Shown: positions 1-8,143 of the stretch, one piece after another | Layout of the letters: each line of letters opens with the position of its first letter | How positions within the stretch are numbered: position 1 is the stretch's first letter | Assembly (NCBI GenBank): GCA_021776785.1 | Contig: JAJFFF010000044.1 | Location: 282,230 to 346,229, forward strand | Origin: Planctomycetota bacterium | Lineage (GTDB): Bacteria; Planctomycetota; PLA2 | Direction: 5' to 3' | DNA: 64,000 nucleotides | The notes under the pieces: generated by a model | What the model was told of the DNA's origin: nothing | What the model saw: the letters and a program-made list of their open reading frames with translations, nothing else | Database searches by the model: none | Made by a program: the position numbers and the translations under genes

Positions 1-1070
1 AGATCTTTGATCGCGCGCTGGCTCTGTTCGGCTCTCAACTCCAACTCGGCCTGCTCACGCTCCAACGCAGCCAGCTGTTCGATCACGCTCTTGGCGCGCT
101 CGGACAACAACATGACGCTGTTCTTGGTGCGGAATCGGTCGAGCTCCGCTTCCGCTTTCGCCAGCTTGCCGCCCGTGCTGTCGACACGGCCCGCAAGAAA
201 CTCCGCGGCGGCGCCGGCGTCCCCACGACGCTTGCGATGCTTGTACGCGGCAAAGCTCTCGGCCAGCGCTTTCGACGCAGCGGCCGCTAACTCGGGCGAT
301 TCCGCCCGGACCGCCAAGGACACAACGCCGGTCTTGCGACCGAGCTGAGCCACAGTGGTCTGCGCCCGCAGCCAATTGGCGACCGCGGCCTCGGAACGAA
401 GCACCACTTTGTATTCGCGCCCGACCGGGTCGCCCGCCACCGTAAGGTGGAAAGGATGCCCGAACGCGCGGAACCGCTTGCCGGATGTGATGTTGTGCTT
501 CTCCCGCGTGATGTCTTCGCCAAAGCGACGCCCCACGACCTTTTGCACTTCGACGCCGAACTTCTCGCCACCCTGTTTGTCCAAAAACACAAAACGGTAT
601 TGCGTCGCACCGCGTCCATCCGCGAGCGGTTCGGTAAAGAACTCAACGGAACACGACGGCTTGGGGCCTTGAAACGCGCGCATCATCACCTCGTAGGGCC
701 GATGCGCGTTGCGCTCCATGAAAAACGCACCGAGTCCCTGCTCGACGGCGATGGTCTTGGCGGCGAAGGAAGCAATCGCGCGCGACCGCATGATTTCGAT
801 CTCGGCATCGACTTTGCTGCCGCTGTCGAACAGCTCAAGTTCGCCGATCAGGCTGCCCCGTCCGCTTTCTTTCTCGATGTGAATCGTTGCGTCCGCCTTG
901 TACTGCGGCGTCGCCAGTAGTGTCAGCGCAATCGCCCCGCCCAAGATCAGCAGGAAAGGAACCAGGGCGATCCACCGATGCTCGCGCAAAATCGCGAGAT
1001 AGTCGGCTAGATGGAGCGAGCGCGCTTTCGCTTGCGTCGCGCTGTTTTCAGGCAATCGATTCTTGCTCAC
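1..1070 (-). CDS. Polysaccharide chain-length determinant (Wzz/PCP family) protein, N-terminal part. The gene runs off the window start.
   Basis: Reverse strand translates from GTG at 1070..1068 as VSKNRLPENSATQAKARSLHLADYLAILREHRWIALVPFLLIL... (one TM helix, then a periplasmic coiled-coil region ...LAKAEAELDRFRTKNSVMLL...), which is typical Wzz/GumC architecture. It overlaps the 3' end of the cpsB-like gene by 4 nt. It is absent from the ORF track because there is no stop inside the window. Confidence 0.6.
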   Translation of the reverse strand, partial: MSKNRLPENSATQAKARSLHLADYLAILREHRWIALVPFLLILGGAIALTLLATPQYKADATIHIEKESGRGSLIGELELFDSGSKVDAEIEIMRSRAIASFAAKTIAVEQGLGAFFMERNAHRPYEVMMRAFQGPKPSCSVEFFTEPLADGRGATQYRFVFLDKQGGEKFGVEVQKVVGRRFGEDITREKHNITSGKRFRAFGHPFHLTVAGDPVGREYKVVLRSEAAVANWLRAQTTVAQLGRKTGVVSLAVRAESPELAAAASKALAESFAAYKHRKRRGDAGAAAEFLAGRVDSTGGKLAKAEAELDRFRTKNSVMLLSERAKSVIEQLAALEREQAELELRAEQSQRAIKD

Positions 1071-1741
1071 GATGCAACCACCTCACTGATGGATCGAAAT
1101 TCTTTATGGGCGTCGCGCAACCACGCGAGGTCGGCGGGTCGATGCACGTCGCTACCGACACAGTCATAGGCGTCCGCCTGCAACAGAGTGCGGGCCATTT
1201 GTTCGGCTTCCGGGCCGTGCCGCCCGACCAACGAAAGTAGGTTGAGCTGGAGCGACCAACCGGCGTCTTTCCACTCCATGGCGCGGTCCAGCGTGCAGTG
1301 TCGTGTGCGCTCGGGGTGGGCGAGCAACGGCTTGAAACCGCGCTCCGCTAACACCTGCGCCAATCGCTCCACACCAACGCTCGGTCGCCCCATGGGTAGC
1401 TCGACCAACAAGCCGCGCTCCCCTTCCCAATCGAACGGGATCAGCACGTCTTCTTGACGCGAAACAGCGTCGAGAAACTCTTCGCCGTAGTAGTGCTCCG
1501 CACCGCGACACACCTCGAGCGACACGTCCGCGCGCGCCAAAATGCGCCAGACATCATCGACCCGTTTTTGCACGTCAACGAGCGTCAGCCGGTTGCCCAA
1601 CTTGAATTGGTGCGGCGTCAGGTACAGCCGCGTGACGCCCAGCGCGACGAGATCTCTCGCCATCGCAATCGTTTCGACGGCACTGCGGCTCCCATCATCA
1701 ACGCCGGGCATGACGTGGGAATGAAAGTCGGCGTGCAGCAT
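1067..1741 (-). CDS. CpsB/YwqE-type manganese-dependent protein-tyrosine phosphatase (PHP domain) of capsule/EPS systems
   Basis: N-terminus MLHADFHSHVMPGVDDGSRS is the hallmark HxDxHxH...PGVDDG motif of CpsB/Cap8C phosphatases. 224 aa. The start codon is 5 nt downstream of the Wza stop. Confidence 0.8.
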   Translation of the reverse strand: MLHADFHSHVMPGVDDGSRSAVETIAMARDLVALGVTRLYLTPHQFKLGNRLTLVDVQKRVDDVWRILARADVSLEVCRGAEHYYGEEFLDAVSRQEDVLIPFDWEGERGLLVELPMGRPSVGVERLAQVLAERGFKPLLAHPERTRHCTLDRAMEWKDAGWSLQLNLLSLVGRHGPEAEQMARTLLQADAYDCVGSDVHRPADLAWLRDAHKEFRSISEVVAS

Positions 1742-1745
1742 GGAT

Positions 1746-2768
1746 CTACTTTGAAACCGCCGCGGCGACGGTGCCCGCCGTGACTGCCGTTTGGAGAAAC
1801 GGAAGCATCAAAGTCGTTGCGCGGCTCCAGTTGGCGAGGCCGCGCGGTGCGACCACGACGCGATCGCCCGGACGCAGCTCGATGCTGGCGCCGAACTCAT
1901 ACACGTCTTGCGTGGAGAGCGTAAACGCGCGCGGGTTCTGCCACCCGCCGCGGAAAATTCGAATCACGCGGCGATCGGCGTGCAACTTGTCGATGCCGCC
2001 GACTTCGGCCACGGCGTCCGCGAGGTTTAGGCCACGGTCGCCCATCGGAACGATGCCGGGACGCACGACCTCGCCCAAGACATAGACTTTCCAGTCCGCC
2101 TTGTCGGGCACGTACACCAAGTCTCCTTTGCGCATCACAACGTTGCGACTCGTGTCGCCGCGCAACAAGATGTCGCCTAGGCTCACGGGTAACAATTTGC
2201 CACTGCGAATGACGTACGCGCCGTCCACGTCGCCGGTCGGACTCACACCACCCGCGTTGCCGAGCGCCTCAAGCAACGTCGTGGTGCCGTCGGCGGCCAT
2301 CACGCTCGGTTTCTTGACCTGCCCTAGCACGAAGAACTTCTGCGACTGAAAACTCGCCACTTCGACCGTGACTTGCGGCTTCTTGACGTACTCGCCCACG
2401 GCATGGTTTAGATACTTCGCGATCTGCGCAACCGTTTTGCCTGCGGCATTCACGGGACCGACCATCGGCAAGTAGATCTTGCCGTTGCCTTGCACGCGGT
2501 AGCCGACAAGTTCCCCATCTTTTGTCGCGACGGAAAATTCGGGACGCCCCACGACGGCCACGCGTAACAGGTCACCCGGGCCGACCCGATAGGGCTCGGG
2601 CGTGACGCTTAGATCCGTTTGAATCGACTCCACGGACAGCGCAGGCTTGCGCGCCAGAGGCGTCTTGCCTTCCTCCACCAGCGCCGCGACAGCATCCGGA
2701 TTCGTCTTGATGTTGGAGCGGCAACTCACCAAAACAGCGCAAACCAAAAGGAGACCTGTAATTCTCAT
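1746..2768 (-). CDS. Polysaccharide export protein Wza (OPX family), likely a lipoprotein
   Basis: Contains PGDLLRVAVVGRPEFS and GNGKIYLPMVGPVNAAGKTVAQIAKYL (Poly_export/SLBB motifs). An internal Met gives MRITGLLLVCAVLVSCRS (signal peptide plus lipobox-like LVSC). The track ORF extends to 2831, but 2768 is the more plausible start. Confidence 0.75.
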   Translation of the reverse strand: MRITGLLLVCAVLVSCRSNIKTNPDAVAALVEEGKTPLARKPALSVESIQTDLSVTPEPYRVGPGDLLRVAVVGRPEFSVATKDGELVGYRVQGNGKIYLPMVGPVNAAGKTVAQIAKYLNHAVGEYVKKPQVTVEVASFQSQKFFVLGQVKKPSVMAADGTTTLLEALGNAGGVSPTGDVDGAYVIRSGKLLPVSLGDILLRGDTSRNVVMRKGDLVYVPDKADWKVYVLGEVVRPGIVPMGDRGLNLADAVAEVGGIDKLHADRRVIRIFRGGWQNPRAFTLSTQDVYEFGASIELRPGDRVVVAPRGLANWSRATTLMLPFLQTAVTAGTVAAAVSK

Positions 2769-2782
2769 TTCCCCGAGTTCCC

Positions 2783-3763
2783 CTACAGCGTGACGACGTC
2801 TTTGGCCCAATCGCGGTTTTCTTCGTACCACGTGGCCAAGTTGTCGAGCCCTTCATGCAGATATGTCCGCGGCTCCCAACCGAGAATCGAACGCGCCTTG
2901 TCGATGCACGCCCAACTGGCAGGCACGTCTTCGGCAAACGTCGGCTCGAACTTCAGATTCGCTTCCAACCCAGTCTTCTTTTCCATGTGGCGCACCACCT
3001 CCATCAGTCCGAACGGCTTGTCCGAACCGAGGTTGATGATTTCGTAGCCCACCGGCTTGATCGCGGCGATCGTGCCGCGCGCGATGTCATCCACGTACGT
3101 GAAGTCGCGCGACTGCGTTCCGTCGCCGTAGATCACGACGGGGCGGCCCTCGTAGATCCACTGCGTGAACCGGAACAGACTCATGTCCGGTCGCCCCGCG
3201 GGGCCAAACACGGTGAAGTAGCGCAGCACCGACACGTCGATGCCGTACAGATGGTGATACGTAAACGCCATCGACTCCGCGCCCTTCTTGGACGCGGCGT
3301 AAGACGACAGCGCGCGGTCGGTGTTCATGTCCTCGCGCGACGGCTGCGGATTGTTCTTGCCGTACAAGCTCGATGTCGAGGCGAGTAAGAACTTGTTGAC
3401 CTTGAAGTCTTTGCAGAGCTCCAGCAGATTCAACGTGCCCGTCGTGTTCGTGTCGACATACACCCACGGATCGAGGCGCGCCTGCCGCACGCCGGCGCGA
3501 GCCGCGAGATTGATGACGGCGTCAAACTTGCCTTCGTGCCTCTTCCAAACGTCGAGCAGGGCCGGTCGATCGCAGATGTCGATCCGGTTGATCTCGAAGT
3601 TGTCGCGAGGCTCCAGCCGGGCGAGCCGCCAGTCCTTGAGGCGAATGTCATACGCATCGTTCATGCAGTCGACGCCGACCACGGTGTGGCCCGCATCGAG
3701 GAGCTGTTCGCTCACCTTGCTTGCGATGAATCCTGCTGTTCCGGTAACCAGGTACTTGGCCAT
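2783..3763 (-). CDS. NAD-dependent sugar epimerase/dehydratase (UDP-glucuronate 4-epimerase-like)
   Basis: MAKYLVTGTAGFIASKVSEQLL (GxxGxxG Rossmann motif) and the YxxxK region of the SDR-extended family. The track ORF starts upstream at 3952, but ATG at 3763 gives the canonical N-terminus. Confidence 0.8.
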   Translation of the reverse strand: MAKYLVTGTAGFIASKVSEQLLDAGHTVVGVDCMNDAYDIRLKDWRLARLEPRDNFEINRIDICDRPALLDVWKRHEGKFDAVINLAARAGVRQARLDPWVYVDTNTTGTLNLLELCKDFKVNKFLLASTSSLYGKNNPQPSREDMNTDRALSSYAASKKGAESMAFTYHHLYGIDVSVLRYFTVFGPAGRPDMSLFRFTQWIYEGRPVVIYGDGTQSRDFTYVDDIARGTIAAIKPVGYEIINLGSDKPFGLMEVVRHMEKKTGLEANLKFEPTFAEDVPASWACIDKARSILGWEPRTYLHEGLDNLATWYEENRDWAKDVVTL

Positions 3764-3896
3764 GGGGCCGATACTCCGTCTCTTCCCGCCTAACTGGTGG
3801 CGGGCTCCTTTACTTAAGTCGATCCGCGGCAGCGGTTTCCGCAGGGCCCACCCCGGAAAAATCCCTGTTTTCGCGGTTTTTGAGCCCCAAATCGCC

Positions 3897-4222
3897 GCCC
3901 AACCCCAAGAAAAAGCCAAACCCAACCCCAACCGCCCCCCGAACGGGACCACTTCTCCCTTCTCGCCGCCCTAAGCTGTTTTGTGATCGGGTTTTATGGC
4001 GTCGGCCTGCGGGATTTTTCGCGCAAAATGGAGCGCAGGCGGTGGGTCGATGTTGGCCCCGATGCCCTCGTTTCCGCCTTCTTGCGGGGTTTTGCGGCTG
4101 AATCGGGGCCCGCGCAGCCAAGAGCGCGGCCTCATTTTGCGCGAAAAATCCCGCACGACGACGACACAAACCCCCACATACCATAAGGTTACGAGCGTCG
4201 TGAGCGAGAAGTGGTCCCGCTA
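3897..4222. repeat. Copy A of a ~300-bp nested inverted-repeat element (MITE-like). It is inverted relative to copy B.
   Basis: Outer IR cgggaccacttctc (3945-3958) pairs with gagaagtggtcccg (4206-4219). Inner IR cgggatttttcgcgcaaaatg (4010-4030) pairs with cattttgcgcgaaaaatcccg (4133-4153). A flanking aaaaagccaaacccaacc stretch is shared with copy B. The site is intergenic. Confidence 0.5.
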
Positions 4223-4260
4223 TGGTGGTCGCTTGGGGTTCTTGGCGTCGTTGGTCTCGT

Positions 4261-6492
4261 CTAGTTTGCGACGAGTAGCGCTTCGAGCGCGGGGACGAGC
4301 GAACCTTCGGCCGGCAGCGCGCCCTCGTCCAAGAACACAAGCTGCTGCGATTCGCGCGCGCCAGGTTCTTGCGCGACAGGAATCCCGCGCGTCAACGAGA
4401 GGTCCGACATCGCGTGGGTCAGCGCCGACTCGGGTGCCCCGATGTGCGCAACCGGGACGCCAAGTTCTTTCGCCGCCAAGGCGCATGCCGCTCCGGCGCG
4501 GGAGCTCCCCACGACCACAACGGACGGTGTGTGCGTCGTCGCGAGCGAGTGATAGCGCTCCATCACGTGGGCCATGCGAACGATGTTCGAGGTGGCCGCG
4601 ACGTCGAGATCGACGACCGGGAGTTCGTAGCCGCGACTCACGATTTCGGCGTCGGTCAGTCCGAGGTCGTCGCGCCGTCCGACGTGAACCACAACCGGCT
4701 CCAGCGTCGCGCGCTCCCGAGTCTCGCGGACGAGCGAGGACACAGCCGCAAGCTGAGCTTCGCCGTCAACAATGAAGTGAACGCGCGGGAGCGCGGGGTT
4801 CGCCGGAGACAACGTAGGTAGCGGCCGCGTGTCCGGGGTTGCGCTCTCGGCCGCAACCGAACGCATCGCGCCGACGCGCGCCGTCGCCAAGCGGAGTAGG
4901 TCGCACAACACGTTGCGTTTTTCTTCCGCGACAACAGGGTCCTCGTCGGTGAACGAAGCGCTCCAAGAAGCCGTAGCGTTGCCGCAGTCGACATGCTCCT
5001 CCACCTGGAGGCGGCCGGGTTGCGGCCGCTCGACGCGGATCCCGGCCAGACGGATCGCGGAGAGATCGAGATCTTGGGCGACGTGCTCCATCACCGACGA
5101 AACCTGATCGGTGTGATCGGCGAGCCGCAGCGAATCCGTCGCGTAACGGCGCACAAGATGGATCCGACGAAAGCTCTTGCGGTTGAGCAAGTGGCTCTTC
5201 CACGGGTATCCGCTGCGCGCGATCAAGAGCCCCACAACGACCAGCCCCATGGCGCCGACGACCGCGAGGCCAAACAAGTTCGGCCAAATCACAACGGCCG
5301 CAGCTTGGCTGGCGGCGAGCGCGATCAGCGCGCGCAGCGCGGCCCCGTCACTGCCGAGCTGGTGGCGCAACAAGTGATGGATGTGGCCACGGTCCGCGCT
5401 AAAGATCGGCTTGCCGCACGACCAGCGACGCACAGTCGAGCACAAGACGTCACCAAGCGGCACGGCGAGCAAGCCAAGCGCCAACGGCACGTTGACGGCG
5501 GCGCTGCTGCTCTGCAGCATGAACGCACCCAAGTAAAAACCAATGGTGAGGCTGCCGGTGTCGCCGAGAAAAATCCCGGCCCGTGGCAGGTTGTAGCGCA
5601 GGAAACCGAACAGCGCGCCGGCGAGCACGAACGGCGTGAGGCCGCCCAGCCCCATCGCCGTCGCCGCGGCCGCCGCAATCAACGCGAGCGAGGCGGCGAG
5701 TCCATCCATTCCGTCGATCAGGTTGACCGCGTTCGTCACGATCACAACCCAGAGCGGAACCAGGATCCATTCAAGCGATCCGATCTGGAACGTGCCGAGG
5801 GGTGCTAGTTCCAACATCGGCGTGCGGATGCCGCCCACGACCAAGAACACGCCGGCAAGCAGTTGCGCCAAGATCTTGGAGCGCGGAGAGACGCCGAACA
5901 CGTCGTCGAACGCGCCGACCATGGCCATCAACGCGCCGCCCGCGAGTAGCGCGGACGCGCCGGGGGCCGGGTCGAGCGCGAGATACGCCGCCATCGGTGC
6001 GAACACCGCGAGCCCGCCTAGAAGCGGCGTCGGGGCGGTGTGAATCGCACGTCCGCCGGGCAACACCGTTGCGGACACGCGATGCGCGAAACGAGATACA
6101 AACGGCACCGCGCACCACGTCGAAATGAGTCCAAAGAGGAACCAAAACGCGCTCGTCGAACCGAAACGAAGCAACACCACGCCGGCCACTAGGAGTGCCG
6201 CGATGCCCATGAGAACAACGCGGGACACACGGCTAGCCTCGAGGGATTGGTGTGTGCGTCGGATCATTTGTACGCCCGTATCGGGTTTTGACCATCCGCC
6301 TAAGTCCAGGCGAGGATGTGACCGCTCTTTCGCGGCCCTTGCTTGAGTTCGGCTGAGGCTCGGAAAATCCGTAGTCATGCGGTAACCGCTACGGACCGAG
6401 AAAAACGCGATCATCGCAAGGCCTACTGGTCTGTCTGGAATCGGCCGTCGCACCGAAGGCAAGCCGAATCGCCGCCGGACGAACGCCGGCAA
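4261..6492 (-). CDS. WecA/MraY-family (GT4) polyprenyl-phosphate HexNAc-1-phosphate transferase fused to a C-terminal domain resembling the N-terminal half of UDP-GlcNAc 2-epimerase
   Basis: Multi-TM N-terminal half carries NLIDGMDGLAASLALIAA and GDTGSLTIGFYLGA (MraY/WecA signatures). The C-terminal ~250 aa (VVHVGRRDD...TPSVVVVGSSRAGAACALAAKELGVPVAHIGA) aligns to the WecB N-domain (VTAQHREM...PDVVLVHGDTTTTLA...IPVGHVEAG) but has lost the HVEAG motif. The alternative start at 6267 (MIRRTHQ) is more likely than 6492. Confidence 0.75.
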   Translation of the reverse strand: MPAFVRRRFGLPSVRRPIPDRPVGLAMIAFFSVRSGYRMTTDFPSLSRTQARAAKERSHPRLDLGGWSKPDTGVQMIRRTHQSLEASRVSRVVLMGIAALLVAGVVLLRFGSTSAFWFLFGLISTWCAVPFVSRFAHRVSATVLPGGRAIHTAPTPLLGGLAVFAPMAAYLALDPAPGASALLAGGALMAMVGAFDDVFGVSPRSKILAQLLAGVFLVVGGIRTPMLELAPLGTFQIGSLEWILVPLWVVIVTNAVNLIDGMDGLAASLALIAAAAATAMGLGGLTPFVLAGALFGFLRYNLPRAGIFLGDTGSLTIGFYLGAFMLQSSSAAVNVPLALGLLAVPLGDVLCSTVRRWSCGKPIFSADRGHIHHLLRHQLGSDGAALRALIALAASQAAAVVIWPNLFGLAVVGAMGLVVVGLLIARSGYPWKSHLLNRKSFRRIHLVRRYATDSLRLADHTDQVSSVMEHVAQDLDLSAIRLAGIRVERPQPGRLQVEEHVDCGNATASWSASFTDEDPVVAEEKRNVLCDLLRLATARVGAMRSVAAESATPDTRPLPTLSPANPALPRVHFIVDGEAQLAAVSSLVRETRERATLEPVVVHVGRRDDLGLTDAEIVSRGYELPVVDLDVAATSNIVRMAHVMERYHSLATTHTPSVVVVGSSRAGAACALAAKELGVPVAHIGAPESALTHAMSDLSLTRGIPVAQEPGARESQQLVFLDEGALPAEGSLVPALEALLVAN

Positions 6493-6554
6493 GACGAGCG
6501 CGAAGATCCAGCGATGAAACGGCCGGCCGAACGCAGGCCGATTCTCGGACAGGC

Positions 6555-7934
6555 CTAGCGGCCCATGTTCTTGTCAAAAACGACCCGGACGGTGTGCAGC
6601 AAGATGCGGAGATCGAAGAGGATCGATTGGTGTTTGATGTAGTACATGTCGTGGCGCAGCTTCTCGACGGCGTCGGTTTCGTCCGAGCCGTAGCGAAAGC
6701 GCACCTGCGCCCAACCCGTTAAGCCGGGCTTCACGGCATGGCGCTGGTCGTAGAACGGAATCTGCTCGCGGAGCTTCTCGACGAAAAACAGACGCTCGGG
6801 GCGCGGTCCGACAAAGCTCATCGTGCCCTGCAAGACGTTCCACATCTGAGGGATCTCGTCGATCCTGGACTTGCGTAGGAACTTCCCGACGCGCGTCGTG
6901 CGCGGGTCGTTTTCTTTGGCCCAAACCGCCTTGCCGCCCGCTTCGGCGTCCGTGCGCATGGAGCGAAACTTGTAAACCTCGAACTCGCGACCGCCCTGCC
7001 CGACACGCTTTTGGCGGTAGAGAATCGGCCCCTTCGAATCGAGCTTGATGGCCAGAGCCGCAACGGCCGCGAGCGGAGCGCTGGCGACCACGCCGACCAA
7101 CGCCACGAGCACGTCGAACACGCGCTTGTTAAAGCGTTGGAGGCGGGAGTTAACAAAGCCGCTCGAGAAAATGAGCCATGACGGTCGCAGTTCCTCGATG
7201 GGAATTTTGCCGGCGGTTTCTTCGTGCACGCGCGCCTCGTCGACGACCTCGACGCCCTTAAGACGCACGCGCAGTAAAGGCTCTAGCGGCAGACGCTTAC
7301 GACGATCCGGGATCGCCACGACGACACGCTCGATCCCGTGCTCCTCGACGATTCTCTCGACATCGTCGTAGGTCCCAAGCACCGGCTTTTTGCCGATCCG
7401 CCAACCCGCTTGTTCGGCGTCCTCCGCGAGAAAGCCGGCGATCCAAAGATCACGTTTGCGCAGGTCGATGATTTCGCGCGCCGTGCGCTGCGCTTCGCGT
7501 CCGACCCCCATGAACAGGAGCCGCTTGCGAAAGCCGCGGCGCCGCGTCGCGTACTCGTAGGCGACGCGCCCCAACAACATGACGGGCAAAAAGATGGAGA
7601 GAAACGTGGCACACGCGAGTGGCTGATCGAACAGCGCGCACCAGGTGATCCACGCCAGGGCCGCAGCGATCACGAATGCACACGTGAGCTGTCCCCAAAA
7701 GCCGTTGCGCGAGCGGATCTGGCTGAAGTCGTAGAGGCCAGCGAGAAAGTACAGCGTCTTCACGCCGACGATCACCGCGAGCACGGAAAGCAGACCGGTC
7801 CATTCACCTAAGGCAGCCAGGCTCCCAAAGTGAGCAAACCAAAAGGCGCCGAGCACCGACCCAACGAGCGCTACGTCCTCTAAGAGGATGTAGGCCACGG
7901 TCGATCCCCGCACGCGAGACCCTGCTAACAACAC
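6555..7934 (-). CDS. Undecaprenyl-phosphate sugar phosphotransferase (WbaP/EpsL-type 'bacterial sugar transferase')
   Basis: C-terminal domain DSKGPILYRQKRVGQGGREFEVYKFRSM...IDEIPQMWNVLQGTMSFVGPRPE is the canonical PF02397 motif. There are 4-5 N-terminal TM helices. Confidence 0.85.
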   Translation of the reverse strand: MLLAGSRVRGSTVAYILLEDVALVGSVLGAFWFAHFGSLAALGEWTGLLSVLAVIVGVKTLYFLAGLYDFSQIRSRNGFWGQLTCAFVIAAALAWITWCALFDQPLACATFLSIFLPVMLLGRVAYEYATRRRGFRKRLLFMGVGREAQRTAREIIDLRKRDLWIAGFLAEDAEQAGWRIGKKPVLGTYDDVERIVEEHGIERVVVAIPDRRKRLPLEPLLRVRLKGVEVVDEARVHEETAGKIPIEELRPSWLIFSSGFVNSRLQRFNKRVFDVLVALVGVVASAPLAAVAALAIKLDSKGPILYRQKRVGQGGREFEVYKFRSMRTDAEAGGKAVWAKENDPRTTRVGKFLRKSRIDEIPQMWNVLQGTMSFVGPRPERLFFVEKLREQIPFYDQRHAVKPGLTGWAQVRFRYGSDETDAVEKLRHDMYYIKHQSILFDLRILLHTVRVVFDKNMGR

Positions 7935-8143
7935 GCTTCCATTAACTCCCGCGCTTGCTTATCGACGCCTGGGGAGCGGATTTGAAGCGGGCGGGGGATT
8001 GCGGCCGGCCCTGTCGTCAACGCCAGCCGGGCCGACCCTCACTCCGGCCCAACACGGTCGACATAACTAGCTTTTATTTAATCCGTTACGACCGATCTGG
8101 GGCGCCCGGACATGGAGCGACGCCGATGGGCGGACGTTTGACG

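Noticed and set aside
7-1240. Several plus-strand ORFs (113-157 aa) at the window start
   Set aside because: They are antisense to the Wzz/PCP gene, which reads through this region on the minus strand from GTG 1070 to beyond the window start, and to cpsB.
3971-4340. Small ORFs (67-176 aa, both strands) inside repeat element A
   Set aside because: They lie within the nested inverted-repeat element. They are short, with Pro/Arg/Gly-rich low-complexity translations, and nothing equivalent is conserved in copy B.
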